A DNA stretch of 61,522 bases, filler included, from Archaeoglobus sp. JdFR-37 (lineage in GTDB: Archaea; Halobacteriota; Archaeoglobi; Archaeoglobales; Archaeoglobaceae): NCBI GenBank assembly GCA_002010215.1. It is 3 parts of 3 records of this genome, joined end to end, with 100 filler letters (N's around TTAATTAATTAA, not from the genome) between each part and the next. Parts side by side here need not be neighbours in the genome. Positions count along the whole stretch, not along the records: positions 28,375 to 55,480 come from MTMY01000029.1; 2 more parts are not named here. One strand, written 5' to 3'. Within the stretch, counting starts at the first letter, position 1. Each line of letters opens with the position of its first letter. Position numbers and translations under genes: made by a program. The notes below the pieces were generated by a model. It worked only from the letters and a program-made list of their open reading frames with translations, had not been told where the DNA came from and did no database searches. Shown here piece by piece: positions 39,792 to 49,450 of this stretch.

Positions 39792-39830
39792 TCTAACCGA
39801 TCCAGCTGACCCGGCTGATCCAGCCCTGAG

Positions 39831-40286
39831 TCAACCCTCCCTCTTGAGCTCCACAACCTTTATTGCGTAGCCCTTTCCACAATCAACAGGTGCGTCGCCG
39901 ATAATCTTTTCCACAATCAGCTGCTCTCCATTTGTCACTTCAACAGGGTTGCAGAGGTTATAGAGGCCACAATCGATGTTTGTGCATTTTCTCTTCTCAA
40001 AATGGATTCTTGCACCCTCCACAGCTATTTTCGCATCAACAGCCGCCATGATGGGGAGTTCAACAACTTCAACAGCTATCACTCCCTCGTCATGGAGCGG
40101 ACATTCCTGCACAGTGCCGTCCCTCAATCCAACGATCTTATACTTGGAGCCTTCTCTGAGTCTCAGACAGGCTCTTTTAATCTTGCAGTTTTCACACTCC
40201 TGTTTGCCACCGAGGAATGTAAACTCAACACCGATCTTGGCCCAATCTTTACCACAGAGGGTTACAATCCTGTTAACTTCGTCCAT
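39831..40286 (-). CDS. UPF0179 family protein
   Basis: VTL.G...AK.G.EF.F.G, C..C....C, CPLH, A.EG. Confidence 0.85.
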   Translation of the reverse strand: MDEVNRIVTLCGKDWAKIGVEFTFLGGKQECENCKIKRACLRLREGSKYKIVGLRDGTVQECPLHDEGVIAVEVVELPIMAAVDAKIAVEGARIHFEKRKCTNIDCGLYNLCNPVEVTNGEQLIVEKIIGDAPVDCGKGYAIKVVELKREG

Positions 40287-40391
40287 GAGCATCACCTCAA
40301 GAACCATGAAATTATTTTGGGTTTTTCAAGTATTTAAGTTTGAGCATCATGGAATTAAAATATGAAATTAAAAATCAGCGAGGTGAGGAGG

Positions 40392-41348
40392 TCAGCGGAA
40401 CGGAATTATATCACTGATTTTAATTAACCCGGGTTCCGAGTTTACAACTGATTTCGCAAGGTTTACCAAGACATTGGCAGTCCCTATATCTCCTTTCGTT
40501 CCGCTACTTCTCCACACAACCGGATTATCTCCTTCTATAACAACCTCCTCGTACTCCTCTGCCCCAGCGTAAGCGTGAAATTCCACCCTGATTACTTCCT
40601 CGCCATTTTTGATACCTGAACCGAATCCTATGAGCCCTAGAACTTTCCCAGCTTCAACGATACAGTCATCCTTCGCAACAACTATTTCCTGCCCCTCTTC
40701 AACATCTTCAAGTGTGAAGTTCAAAGCATCGGCTATCAGGCAAACTGATTCACCATATCCTACGTGCCCTGTCAGCTCTTTTCCGAGCTTTTTCTGCACC
40801 TCGTTGACCTCCATACCCAGCCCAATCTTTTTCTGGAAACTCGATCTCCTTTTCAAAGCATCTGCGCTCCTGACAGCCCTAATTTTCTTAACCTCTACTG
40901 AAGTTGCTGAAAGAACTGCTGGAAGTAAATCAAGCAGGAATCCAGGATTTATGCCAGCTCCAAGGACGCTTACATTGTTTTCAATGGCGAGCTGATTAAT
41001 TTCTCTGGCAAGCTCTGGATAGCGAAATTCTGGATAGCTCAGGGTTTCGCATGAGCTCACCACATCAAAACCTGATTCAATGCACTCTTTAAGCTCCGGC
41101 AGAATGTCAGGAACAAAAGAGCCAGTGGTCAGAAAAACAACATCAACATCCTCGAAATCCAGAGAATCCTTAATAGCTGCTTCTGATGATATCCCGAGTT
41201 CATCAAACCCATCTAATTGGTGAATCTTCTTTCCCACAAGCTCAGGGTTCACGTCCACAGCTCCAACCACTTCAAACCCTTTTTTTATGGCGGATTTCGC
41301 AATCAATCTCCCAATCTGCCCAAAACCGTAAATAACGACTCTCATCAA
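40392..41348 (-). CDS. DapB-like NAD(P)-dependent amine dehydrogenase (2,4-diaminopentanoate dehydrogenase-like)
   Basis: YGFGQIG, SSCETL.YP, GINPGF, GHVG..ES, GD.GTA. Confidence 0.78.
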   Translation of the reverse strand: MMRVVIYGFGQIGRLIAKSAIKKGFEVVGAVDVNPELVGKKIHQLDGFDELGISSEAAIKDSLDFEDVDVVFLTTGSFVPDILPELKECIESGFDVVSSCETLSYPEFRYPELAREINQLAIENNVSVLGAGINPGFLLDLLPAVLSATSVEVKKIRAVRSADALKRRSSFQKKIGLGMEVNEVQKKLGKELTGHVGYGESVCLIADALNFTLEDVEEGQEIVVAKDDCIVEAGKVLGLIGFGSGIKNGEEVIRVEFHAYAGAEEYEEVVIEGDNPVVWRSSGTKGDIGTANVLVNLAKSVVNSEPGLIKISDIIPFR

Positions 41349-41448
41349 GCTTCAATAGAGAGGTGAGTTAAAAAGATTCTGGTATGCTCAGCCTGAGGAT
41401 GTTTTGATGGGAGAAAATAAAAGAAAATAAAAAATAGAAAAGAAATCT

Positions 41449-42417
41449 TCAAATCAAGCCTTTCTCCTTGTAGTACTTCTCTGCACCTGGGTGCAGCGGT
41501 ATTGACATGCCATCAAGAGCTGTTTCAAGCGTTATGTCTTCTGCTCTCTTGTGAGCAGCTACAAGGACATCTCTGTGCTCAAATATTGCTTTTGTTACCT
41601 CATAGATGATGTCTTCTGGCATGTCTTCCCGGGTTGCCAGCATGGCCAGCACTGCTACAGTTTTGACATCCTCATCCTGACCCTTGTAGGTTCCTGCCGG
41701 AATAGTGTACTGGACATAGAACTTGTAATCCTGACTGAGCTTCTGGTAGATTTCATCAGGAACCTCTACGATCATCACATCCCTGACTGACGCAACATCG
41801 CTCACCGCTGCTGTTGGCACTCCTGCAACGATGAATCCAGCGTCTATTGTTTTATCCTTAAGGCCATCGGCAACCTCTTTGAAGTTCCTGTACTCGATGT
41901 TTGCATTACTCTCATCAATTCCTGCTGCTTTCAGAATCTGCAGGGCATCAACTGCTGTCCCGCTCCCGGGAGCTCCAACTGCAACTCTCTTACCCTTCAG
42001 GTCGTAAACACTCTTTATGCCGGACTCCTTCAGCGTTACGATTTGTATGACCTCTGGGTAGAGCGTAGCTATCCCCCTTATGTTTTTAACCGGATTATCC
42101 TTGAACATCTCAAGTCCTTCATATGCATAATATGCAACATCGTTCTGTAGAAGGGCAAGTTCTGCTTCTTTCTCCCCAATCTTTCTCGCATTCGTGACAG
42201 AAGCTCCAGATGTGACTGCCGTTGCTTTTACTCCTTTTGCGTAATCATTGATTGCTGTTGCCATTGCTCCACCGATGGGATAGTATGTGCCAGCAGCTCC
42301 ACCGGTCAGAATTGTCAGCTGGACTTCCTTCTCATCTGGAGCCTTCTCCTGCTGGGCACAGCCTGCCAGCAAAAGAGCGATTCCGATTGCCAGAAAAACT
42401 ACCAGGTACTTCCTCAT
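41449..42417 (-). CDS. TAXI-family TRAP solute-binding lipoprotein
   Basis: LAGC lipobox, TGG..GTYYP.G, GAPGSGT, PLHPGA. Confidence 0.93.
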   Translation of the reverse strand: MRKYLVVFLAIGIALLLAGCAQQEKAPDEKEVQLTILTGGAAGTYYPIGGAMATAINDYAKGVKATAVTSGASVTNARKIGEKEAELALLQNDVAYYAYEGLEMFKDNPVKNIRGIATLYPEVIQIVTLKESGIKSVYDLKGKRVAVGAPGSGTAVDALQILKAAGIDESNANIEYRNFKEVADGLKDKTIDAGFIVAGVPTAAVSDVASVRDVMIVEVPDEIYQKLSQDYKFYVQYTIPAGTYKGQDEDVKTVAVLAMLATREDMPEDIIYEVTKAIFEHRDVLVAAHKRAEDITLETALDGMSIPLHPGAEKYYKEKGLI

Positions 42418-42433
42418 TACATCACCTGAATTA

Positions 42434-44470
42434 TTATTTTCTCAACTGCTTTATAACAATTACCAAAAGCAATATGAGCCCCAGTAATTTATATTGAATG
42501 TCTGGAGAAAGCAATAGCAGTCCTGTAGCAAAGGCTACAACTCTCTCGTAATTCTTAAGTTTTCCGGCAAGATATCCTATTGTTCCAGCATTTACTGCCA
42601 CGATACCTACCATAACTGAGAGTACAACTATCAGCAGGCTGGAAATGCTGTCAAGGGTCGGATTTACTCCAATCAGCAGAACCGAAGGTGTGAATATGAA
42701 AATGTACGGAACCAAATACTTCCCGATCCCAATCTTGAAAGCGTTGAGGCCCGTTTTCCAAGGGTCGCTTCCAGCAATTGCAGAACCAGCATAGGCAGCC
42801 AGAGCTACTGGGGGTGTCAGATCTGCCGCAACTCCGAAATAGAATACGAACATGTGGGCAGGCAGGATCAGCTCTGGAAACTGGTCAATGAAGTCTCTGA
42901 CATTCATTCCGTAGCTTAGAGCCATGAAGGTTATGATGGCTGGAGCAGCGATTGTACTTGTTATGATGTAGTTGGCTGTTGTTGGCACACCCATCCCCAG
43001 CACAAGGGAGACCAGCATGGTCAGCATGAGTATAAAGAGAATTTGACCTTGAGAGATTTGAAGAGCTGCTGCGGCGATTTTGAAGCCCAAACCTGTTAGA
43101 GTTACAACTCCAACGATTATGCCTGCTGAGGCACATGCAAGGGCAACGGCAACAGCACTTCTCCCACCATGGCTTAAAGCATCCATAAGAGTTGAAATTA
43201 TTTCTTTAGCCACATCTCCCCATGGCCTTTCTCTCTTTTTCAGGTTCGATAAAATTGGATTCAAGATTATTATTGCAACCACCACGAGAATAGCATAGAC
43301 GGCTGCAAGTATGGGGGTGTAGCCACCCACCAGCATGTAAATTATGACGGCAAGGGGGATGAGATAGTACCAGCCGCTTTTCAGCACTCCAAAAAAGCTG
43401 GGCAACTCCTCTCTTGGCAAACCTTTCAGGTTCTCCTTTCTTGCTTCAAGGTCAACTGCTGTGAAAACTCCAAAGAAGTAAAGAAAGGCAGGGATGATGG
43501 CAGCATAAACAATATTCACATAGGGCATCCCAACGAACTCTGCCATGATAAATGCTGCGGCACCCATGATAGGGGGCATGATTTGACCACCTGTTGAAGC
43601 TGCGGGCTCAACAGCTCCGGCAAATTCAGGTTTGTAGCCCACCCTTTTCATCAGAGGGATGGTGAAGGCTCCCGTCGTAACTGTATTGGCAACAGAGCTG
43701 CCTGAAATCGTCCCCATCAGAGCACTGGATACAACAGCAGCTTTTGCTGGACCACCTACAAGGCCACCAGTCAGAGAATATGCAAGGTCGATGAAGAATT
43801 TCCCGGCGCCGGATTTCTCCAGAAAAGCTCCAAAAATTATGAAAAGGACAACAAAAGTGGCTGAAACTGTTAGGGGTGTGCCAAATATACCTTCTTTGGT
43901 CAGATAAAGGTGCTCGAGGATTTCTTTCCAGCTATAAGCTTTGTGCTCTATGAGTGGTAGAAATGTCCCGAACTTGGCGTAGAGGATGAAGATTAATGCT
44001 ATAACCACCAGAGCTGGATTTACAGCCCTGCGTGTTGCTTCTAGCACGAGAATGATTCCCAAAGCTGAAATAACGTAATCAGTGGTTGTAAAGCCTATGG
44101 CAGCTCTATGGAGGAGAGCGCTATAGTTGATTGCGATGTAAAGGGCAACATACGAGGCAATGACTGCCAGAGCCACGTCATAAAGTGGGATTTTACCTTT
44201 TTTTTCATCCTCCGAATTCTTTCTTAAGGGAAAGAGAAGGAAGGCGAGAGCCATAACAAAAGCCAAGTGAACGGATTTTACGATATCTATGGGTAGCATT
44301 CCGGTATATGAGCCGTTTATTACGTGAAATGCAGAAAAGAGGGATGAGATAGCAACTATAAGAACAGCCTGTTTCCCAGTAAGCTCTCTCTCGTGAAAGA
44401 ATTTCCTTTCGAGCTTCGTGACGTCGAATTTTCGAACATCAGATACCAATTTTCCACCTCCAGTATTCAT
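42434..44470 (-). CDS. TRAP fused permease (4TM/12TM, TAXI type)
   Basis: GGPAK, SGSSVAN, STGGQIMPP, GMGVPT, TPPVALAA. Confidence 0.93.
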   Translation of the reverse strand: MNTGGGKLVSDVRKFDVTKLERKFFHERELTGKQAVLIVAISSLFSAFHVINGSYTGMLPIDIVKSVHLAFVMALAFLLFPLRKNSEDEKKGKIPLYDVALAVIASYVALYIAINYSALLHRAAIGFTTTDYVISALGIILVLEATRRAVNPALVVIALIFILYAKFGTFLPLIEHKAYSWKEILEHLYLTKEGIFGTPLTVSATFVVLFIIFGAFLEKSGAGKFFIDLAYSLTGGLVGGPAKAAVVSSALMGTISGSSVANTVTTGAFTIPLMKRVGYKPEFAGAVEPAASTGGQIMPPIMGAAAFIMAEFVGMPYVNIVYAAIIPAFLYFFGVFTAVDLEARKENLKGLPREELPSFFGVLKSGWYYLIPLAVIIYMLVGGYTPILAAVYAILVVVAIIILNPILSNLKKRERPWGDVAKEIISTLMDALSHGGRSAVAVALACASAGIIVGVVTLTGLGFKIAAAALQISQGQILFILMLTMLVSLVLGMGVPTTANYIITSTIAAPAIITFMALSYGMNVRDFIDQFPELILPAHMFVFYFGVAADLTPPVALAAYAGSAIAGSDPWKTGLNAFKIGIGKYLVPYIFIFTPSVLLIGVNPTLDSISSLLIVVLSVMVGIVAVNAGTIGYLAGKLKNYERVVAFATGLLLLSPDIQYKLLGLILLLVIVIKQLRK

Positions 44471-44948
44471 GGCGAGGGATGGTTTTCACTTTAACTGTCA
44501 CAAGTTTGCCGAAGTTCTCCAGCGCCACACGGGTATCGCCAATTTGGAGTATATAATCGTTTATGGAATAGGTTGAGATAGTAAGCGACTTAAAATCTCT
44601 GTCAAGGTAATATGCCATCCATCCCTCTCCGTTCACTTCTTCAAATGAGAAGTCGCCCGAGCTCGTCGTGCTAGGTAAACCCCAGCCAGCAGATTTTGTG
44701 AGGGTTTTCTTGAGGTGAAGTGTTGTGCCGTTCACTTCGTAGATTTCAACCCATCTGGACAGCTCCACAGAGTGGATGAAGGAGATCTCAAAGGTTGTTT
44801 TATCCTTGACAGGGATTAGCTCTTTCTTGTTTCCTGACACTCCGGATATTTCTAAGACCTGCAGTGGTGAGAGGAAGTATATGACTATGGTCGGAACAAT
44901 CAGAGCCGTTACAATAAAGAGGACAACTACACGCTTCATGTTATGCAT
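44439..44948 (-). CDS. DUF1850 family protein
   Basis: F.HSVE, G.GLP; typical TAXI neighbour. Confidence 0.8.
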   Translation of the reverse strand: MHNMKRVVVLFIVTALIVPTIVIYFLSPLQVLEISGVSGNKKELIPVKDKTTFEISFIHSVELSRWVEIYEVNGTTLHLKKTLTKSAGWGLPSTTSSGDFSFEEVNGEGWMAYYLDRDFKSLTISTYSINDYILQIGDTRVALENFGKLVTVKVKTIPRHEYWRWKIGI

Positions 44949-45008
44949 AATTCTCCGCCACTTCTATTTCATGCTATTCGTCTCCTCTCCAATCTCCCCA
45001 ATTCTCTT

Positions 45009-45989
45009 CTACTGTCCAGTTGCCATTTCCCTGACGGCTCTGTTTATGGCTATTTCAGCAATGGATTTGATGTTCCAGATTATTCCCAGGAGATGGTGGA
45101 GGGCCAGAGCTGGCTTCACCTTTCCTGCTCTATCCAAACTGTCAAGTTCACCTATTATTCTGTTCTGAACAGCTTCCACATCCCTCGCAACTTCATTGCT
45201 GGCAATTAGGTCGCTTTCGATGTACGAGTTGAAGGATTTGTTGAAGAGCTCGGAAATGGATTTGATTAGAACGGGCATTTCAGGGACATCGTCAGGCCTC
45301 ACCTCGGCCAGATACCTTGAAAACCGGGATATATGGTCAGAGATATCCTCAAGTATTTTTGCCAGCATTCGTGAGCCTAAAACAAACCTCAGCTCATTCC
45401 ACTTGAATGATTTCTCTCTGATAATTCTGTTTTCAAGTCTCACTACTAGCCAGTAAAACCTGTCAATGTTCTCTTCTGTCAATGAAACATTTCTAATTAC
45501 CTTTTCAACCCCTTCAACATCTTCCTTTCCATTAAGGATTGCCAAAGCGTCCTCGAACATGCTGTTTATCATCTGGACGATTCTTCTAAGCACAGTGATT
45601 ACATCGAGCTCAGGAGTTACCAGAATTCTGAAGACAATCCTGTCATCAGCCACATCGATTATCTCCATCCCTATGAGTTCATGCACAATTTCGGTGAAGC
45701 TGTCCAGCAGCGACGCTGCATCGATATCTTCAAGGACGATCTCGTCAAAACCTAGCATATAGATGGCATAAATGTATCGGCGCAAGAAGTCCCCCTTTTC
45801 TTCATGTATCCCCTTCATTACAATCCTGACCAGTCGTTTGTATTCTTTGGGCAGAACAACAACCATACCCTCATAAGCGTAAACTGTGACCTCATCCCCT
45901 TGTTTGAGATTATGAGAGAGAATCCACTTTTTGGGGAGACTTATCATGTAACTGGAGCTGCCAATGAGCTGTATTTTTCTGGTTTCCAT
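45009..45989 (-). CDS. AbrB-PhoU domain regulator
   Basis: METRKIQLIGSSSYMISLPKKW; PhoU repeats (E..IDRFY, LEDI.DH). Confidence 0.88.
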   Translation of the reverse strand: METRKIQLIGSSSYMISLPKKWILSHNLKQGDEVTVYAYEGMVVVLPKEYKRLVRIVMKGIHEEKGDFLRRYIYAIYMLGFDEIVLEDIDAASLLDSFTEIVHELIGMEIIDVADDRIVFRILVTPELDVITVLRRIVQMINSMFEDALAILNGKEDVEGVEKVIRNVSLTEENIDRFYWLVVRLENRIIREKSFKWNELRFVLGSRMLAKILEDISDHISRFSRYLAEVRPDDVPEMPVLIKSISELFNKSFNSYIESDLIASNEVARDVEAVQNRIIGELDSLDRAGKVKPALALHHLLGIIWNIKSIAEIAINRAVREMATGQ

Positions 45990-46040
45990 AGAATGACTTT
46001 ACTCCCTCAAAATTAAGTTTTTGCTAACCTTAGCCTTACC

Positions 46041-46862
46041 TTAACGCCTGCCAGTTTTACCTAGCTCTCTTACAAGCCGGTAGTATTTGCTGACAAATTC
46101 CTCAACTTCTTGATCTTCCACTTTTTTGAGAACCCTCAATGGTCTGATGTTTTTCTGCATCTTCAAAAGCTCTGAAGGTTTCTTTTTTGTTCGAGTAGGG
46201 CAGCCGGTTATAACCTCAACAACTGCAAAACCCCTGTGGGATAAGGCATCTTCAATGGATTTCTGGAGCTGTTTGACGTGGAACGTGGTCCATCTGGCTA
46301 CATAGGTTGCTCCAGCAGTTATTGCAAGCTCAGAGATGTTGAAGGGCCTTTCAACGTTTCCAAAGGGTGAACTTGGTGTTTTCTCCCCTTCCTGAGTCGT
46401 TGGCGAAAGTTGTCCACCCGTCATTCCGTAAAGGGAGTTGTTGAAGATTATTGCAGTGAGGTCAATGTTTCGCCTAGCAGCATGAATGAAGTGGTTTCCG
46501 CCTATGGCAAATGCGTCTCCATCACCCATCATGACGACTACCTTGAGCTCGGGATTGGCAAGTTTGATGCCGGTGGCAAGTGGTATTGCCCTTCCGTGTG
46601 TAGAGTGAACAGAGCTGAACTTCAGAAATTGAGTTACTCTGCCGCTGCATCCAATCCCGCTCACAACGACAATGTTTTTCATTTCAAGCTCTTTATTATC
46701 CACTAACTTTAAGCAGGCCCTCAAAAAAGCTCCTAAAATTATTCCATTTCCACATCCGGGACACCAGGTTGTTGGAAGCTTAACGAGCTCTCTCAACTTA
46801 TCCTGATTGCTGGCCTGACCAGCTTGCTGAGCAGTGGTTGGAGTGCCAAAACCAGTCATCAT
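46041..46862 (-). CDS. korB: 2-oxoacid:ferredoxin oxidoreductase beta subunit
   Basis: WCPGCG, SGIGCS, HGRA, GDGD...IGGNH, YGMTGGQ.SPT. Confidence 0.88.
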   Translation of the reverse strand: MMTGFGTPTTAQQAGQASNQDKLRELVKLPTTWCPGCGNGIILGAFLRACLKLVDNKELEMKNIVVVSGIGCSGRVTQFLKFSSVHSTHGRAIPLATGIKLANPELKVVVMMGDGDAFAIGGNHFIHAARRNIDLTAIIFNNSLYGMTGGQLSPTTQEGEKTPSSPFGNVERPFNISELAITAGATYVARWTTFHVKQLQKSIEDALSHRGFAVVEVITGCPTRTKKKPSELLKMQKNIRPLRVLKKVEDQEVEEFVSKYYRLVRELGKTGRR

Positions 46863-47911
46863 ACCCGACCCGCCATCTCCACTGCTTCCAGAATTGTGAA
46901 GGGGTCAATACGACGGTGAGTTGCTACAGATATAACTTCACAAGACTTGCATGATCCGTAAACAACCCTCTCAACCTCCTTCACGACTTTTCCCACATTC
47001 ATCTCCGGCACAATTATTCTGGAAGCTTTTTTCGCAACCTTTCTCAGCTCCCTCTCAGGGAAAGGATTCAGAGTTTCGGCCTTGAATATTCCAACATCTG
47101 CCACCTTTATTACCGCCTTTGCAGCCCTATATGTTGAGCCATAGGTGAATAAGATGGTGTCTGCATCGCCATTCTCGATCTTGCATGAAGCAACACCCCC
47201 TATTTTTCTGTAAAGTCTTTTTATCAGCCTGTCGTACTCATCCAGATCAGAAATAACCCGTCCATCCTCACTGGCAAGTCCTGTGTAGTAAACGTCTGGA
47301 TCTCTCCCAATTACTGGCATTTCAGGCCTTTCCGCTTTTCCATTCTCATCAATCGCAATGCTTTCAATCTCAGGAAGTGTAACGCTCTCTCTCATATGTC
47401 CCACTATCTCGTCGGAGAGGACTACAACAGGAGTTCTGCATTTCTCGGCAAGATGAAAGGCTCTTGCAGTCAGCAGATAAGAATCCAGAACGTCAGCCAA
47501 GCAAATGACGATCACCGGATAGTCTCCATGAGAGCCGTACATGGCCTGAAACACGTCGCCCTGGCTGGGTGCCGTTGGTATGCCCGTGCTTGGCCCGGCT
47601 CGCATAACATTCACAATGACCACCGGCACCTCAGTCATTGCAGTATAGCCGATATTCTCCTGCATTAGGCTAAAACCCGGCCCAGAGGTTGCAGTCATTG
47701 AAACCATCCCGGCCATCGACGCCCCAATTGCTGCGGCAAGGGATGCAATTTCATCTTCCATCTGCACAAAAATTCCACCAACTTCGGGCAGTTTTCTGGC
47801 CATGAAGTGCATTATTTCCGAGGATGGTGTGATGGGGTAACCTGCATAAAATCTGCAGCCAGCTTTTATGGCAGCTTCGGCAACCGCCTCGTTCCCCTGA
47901 ACGAGCCTCAT
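46859..47911 (-). CDS. korA: 2-oxoacid:ferredoxin oxidoreductase alpha subunit
   Basis: GNEA, YAGYPITPSSE, TSGPGFSLMQE, RAGPSTG.PT. Confidence 0.88.
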   Translation of the reverse strand: MRLVQGNEAVAEAAIKAGCRFYAGYPITPSSEIMHFMARKLPEVGGIFVQMEDEIASLAAAIGASMAGMVSMTATSGPGFSLMQENIGYTAMTEVPVVIVNVMRAGPSTGIPTAPSQGDVFQAMYGSHGDYPVIVICLADVLDSYLLTARAFHLAEKCRTPVVVLSDEIVGHMRESVTLPEIESIAIDENGKAERPEMPVIGRDPDVYYTGLASEDGRVISDLDEYDRLIKRLYRKIGGVASCKIENGDADTILFTYGSTYRAAKAVIKVADVGIFKAETLNPFPERELRKVAKKASRIIVPEMNVGKVVKEVERVVYGSCKSCEVISVATHRRIDPFTILEAVEMAGRV

Positions 47912-48129
47912 CTTTCAACCCTCATGATCCCTTCCGTCTCCACAACGTCTCCATAAACAGATATGGCAAAATCGGGGCAGTAAAGCTCACACAGCTTACA
48001 AAGCCTGCATTTCGTGGATTTATGGCTCTCAGTAAAAGAGCTATGTGGGTCAGGAATCCCTTCTGGACAGAATTCAGCACATATAATGCACTTTTTGCAG
48101 AAGCGTTGATCTATCATGATTGCGGGCAT
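47908..48129 (-). CDS. korD: 2[4Fe-4S] ferredoxin delta subunit
   Basis: CKKCIICAEFCP and CRLCKLCELYCPDFAI. Confidence 0.85.
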   Translation of the reverse strand: MPAIMIDQRFCKKCIICAEFCPEGIPDPHSSFTESHKSTKCRLCKLCELYCPDFAISVYGDVVETEGIMRVER

Positions 48130-48697
48130 ATCCCTCTGCATACCCCCTGTTGAATGCTCTCAGATTGATCTCCACAACTTCCCGCGGAAACTTTCCCGCC
48201 ATACTCTCGGCCATGACTTCCTCCACCGTCTCCTTTTCAACTATCCCTGTAACAGCAACAAGATAACCCAGCGCCACGCTGTTAGCACATGTCCTATCTC
48301 TAAGCTCCTCAGCAATTCGTGTGAATTGTATGGAATGCTGAACTCCTGCCAGCAGCTTGGGTTTCACCATATCAGAGTCAAAAATTATCAGGCTACCTAG
48401 TTTCAGAAGCGATAAGCTTTCATCGTAAGCCTGCTGATCCAAGCTCAGCAAAACATCCAGTTTCAGGATTCCGGGATAGTCCACATCCCCTATTATCACA
48501 TCGCTTTTGCTCAATCCACCTCTGGGCTCAGAACCGTAGCTCTGGAGCTGAATGACCTTTTTACCCTCTCGAACAGCAGATTCAGCCAGAATCAGGCCCA
48601 TTTTTATCAGGCCCTGACCCCCTCTGCCCGCAAGCCTTATTTCAAACCTGTCAGATTTCGCCACTAATAAGTGTGATTGACATGTCTGAACACTCAT
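48074..48697 (-). CDS. korC: 2-oxoacid:ferredoxin oxidoreductase gamma subunit
   Basis: AGRGGQG, SYG.E.RGG.S, N.RAF..G. Confidence 0.85.
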   Translation of the reverse strand: MSVQTCQSHLLVAKSDRFEIRLAGRGGQGLIKMGLILAESAVREGKKVIQLQSYGSEPRGGLSKSDVIIGDVDYPGILKLDVLLSLDQQAYDESLSLLKLGSLIIFDSDMVKPKLLAGVQHSIQFTRIAEELRDRTCANSVALGYLVAVTGIVEKETVEEVMAESMAGKFPREVVEINLRAFNRGYAEGYARNHDRSTLLQKVHYMC

Positions 48698-48845
48698 GGA
48701 TGAATGACAATTTAAAAATTTAAAAATTTTTTCAATGTATTAATCTTAACTTGTAAGTATCTGGTTGAATCGCTGAAACAAATACAAAAAATAAGTATTT
48801 TTAAAGCTATCTTATAATTTTAGCTTAATAAACTGAACAAAAAGT

Positions 48846-49304
48846 TCAGCTCACAATTGGAAATCCCTTTGCTTGCCATTCCACAATGCCGCCCATCATG
48901 TTGTACACATTTTTGAAGCCCAATTCCTTCATGATTTCTGCTGCGAGCCCGCTTCTGTGTCCGGTTCTGCAGTAAACCAAGTATGTCTTGGTTTTATCCA
49001 GTTTATTCAGCTCCTCCCTGAAGGATTTTGAGTAGAAATCAAGATTGACGGCGCCATCTATATGACCTTGTGAGAACTCCTGACGTGTTCGAACATCTAA
49101 TATGATGAAATCAGAGTTGCCTTTATTTTTCTGTATGAGTTCATATGCCTCCTCGGGCGATATATTCTTGATTATTGTTTCGGTTACTGTCTGTTCCCCT
49201 GCAGGTTTTACAGGTTCCTTAACTTCCTGGGTTGCACAGCCAGCTATTGCTACAGCCAACATCAGCAGTAGAATGAGTTGCCAGACCCGTCGGTTTTTCT
49301 CCAT
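48846..49304 (-). CDS. Rhodanese-domain lipoprotein
   Basis: IAGC lipobox, LDVR..EF..GHI.GA, CRTGHRS. Confidence 0.9.
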   Translation of the reverse strand: MEKNRRVWQLILLLMLAVAIAGCATQEVKEPVKPAGEQTVTETIIKNISPEEAYELIQKNKGNSDFIILDVRTRQEFSQGHIDGAVNLDFYSKSFREELNKLDKTKTYLVYCRTGHRSGLAAEIMKELGFKNVYNMMGGIVEWQAKGFPIVS

Positions 49305-49450
49305 TGACATTTTCCCCTCCGAATGATGTTGGAATGTTCGGATTTAACCTTTTTTCAGAAGTGTGGTTTGATATCTCAACTTTCCCCGTGCTATCTCTCC
49401 CTATACAACTCATCACAACCGATACACTTTTTAAAGAAGAAGTTAGGTTA

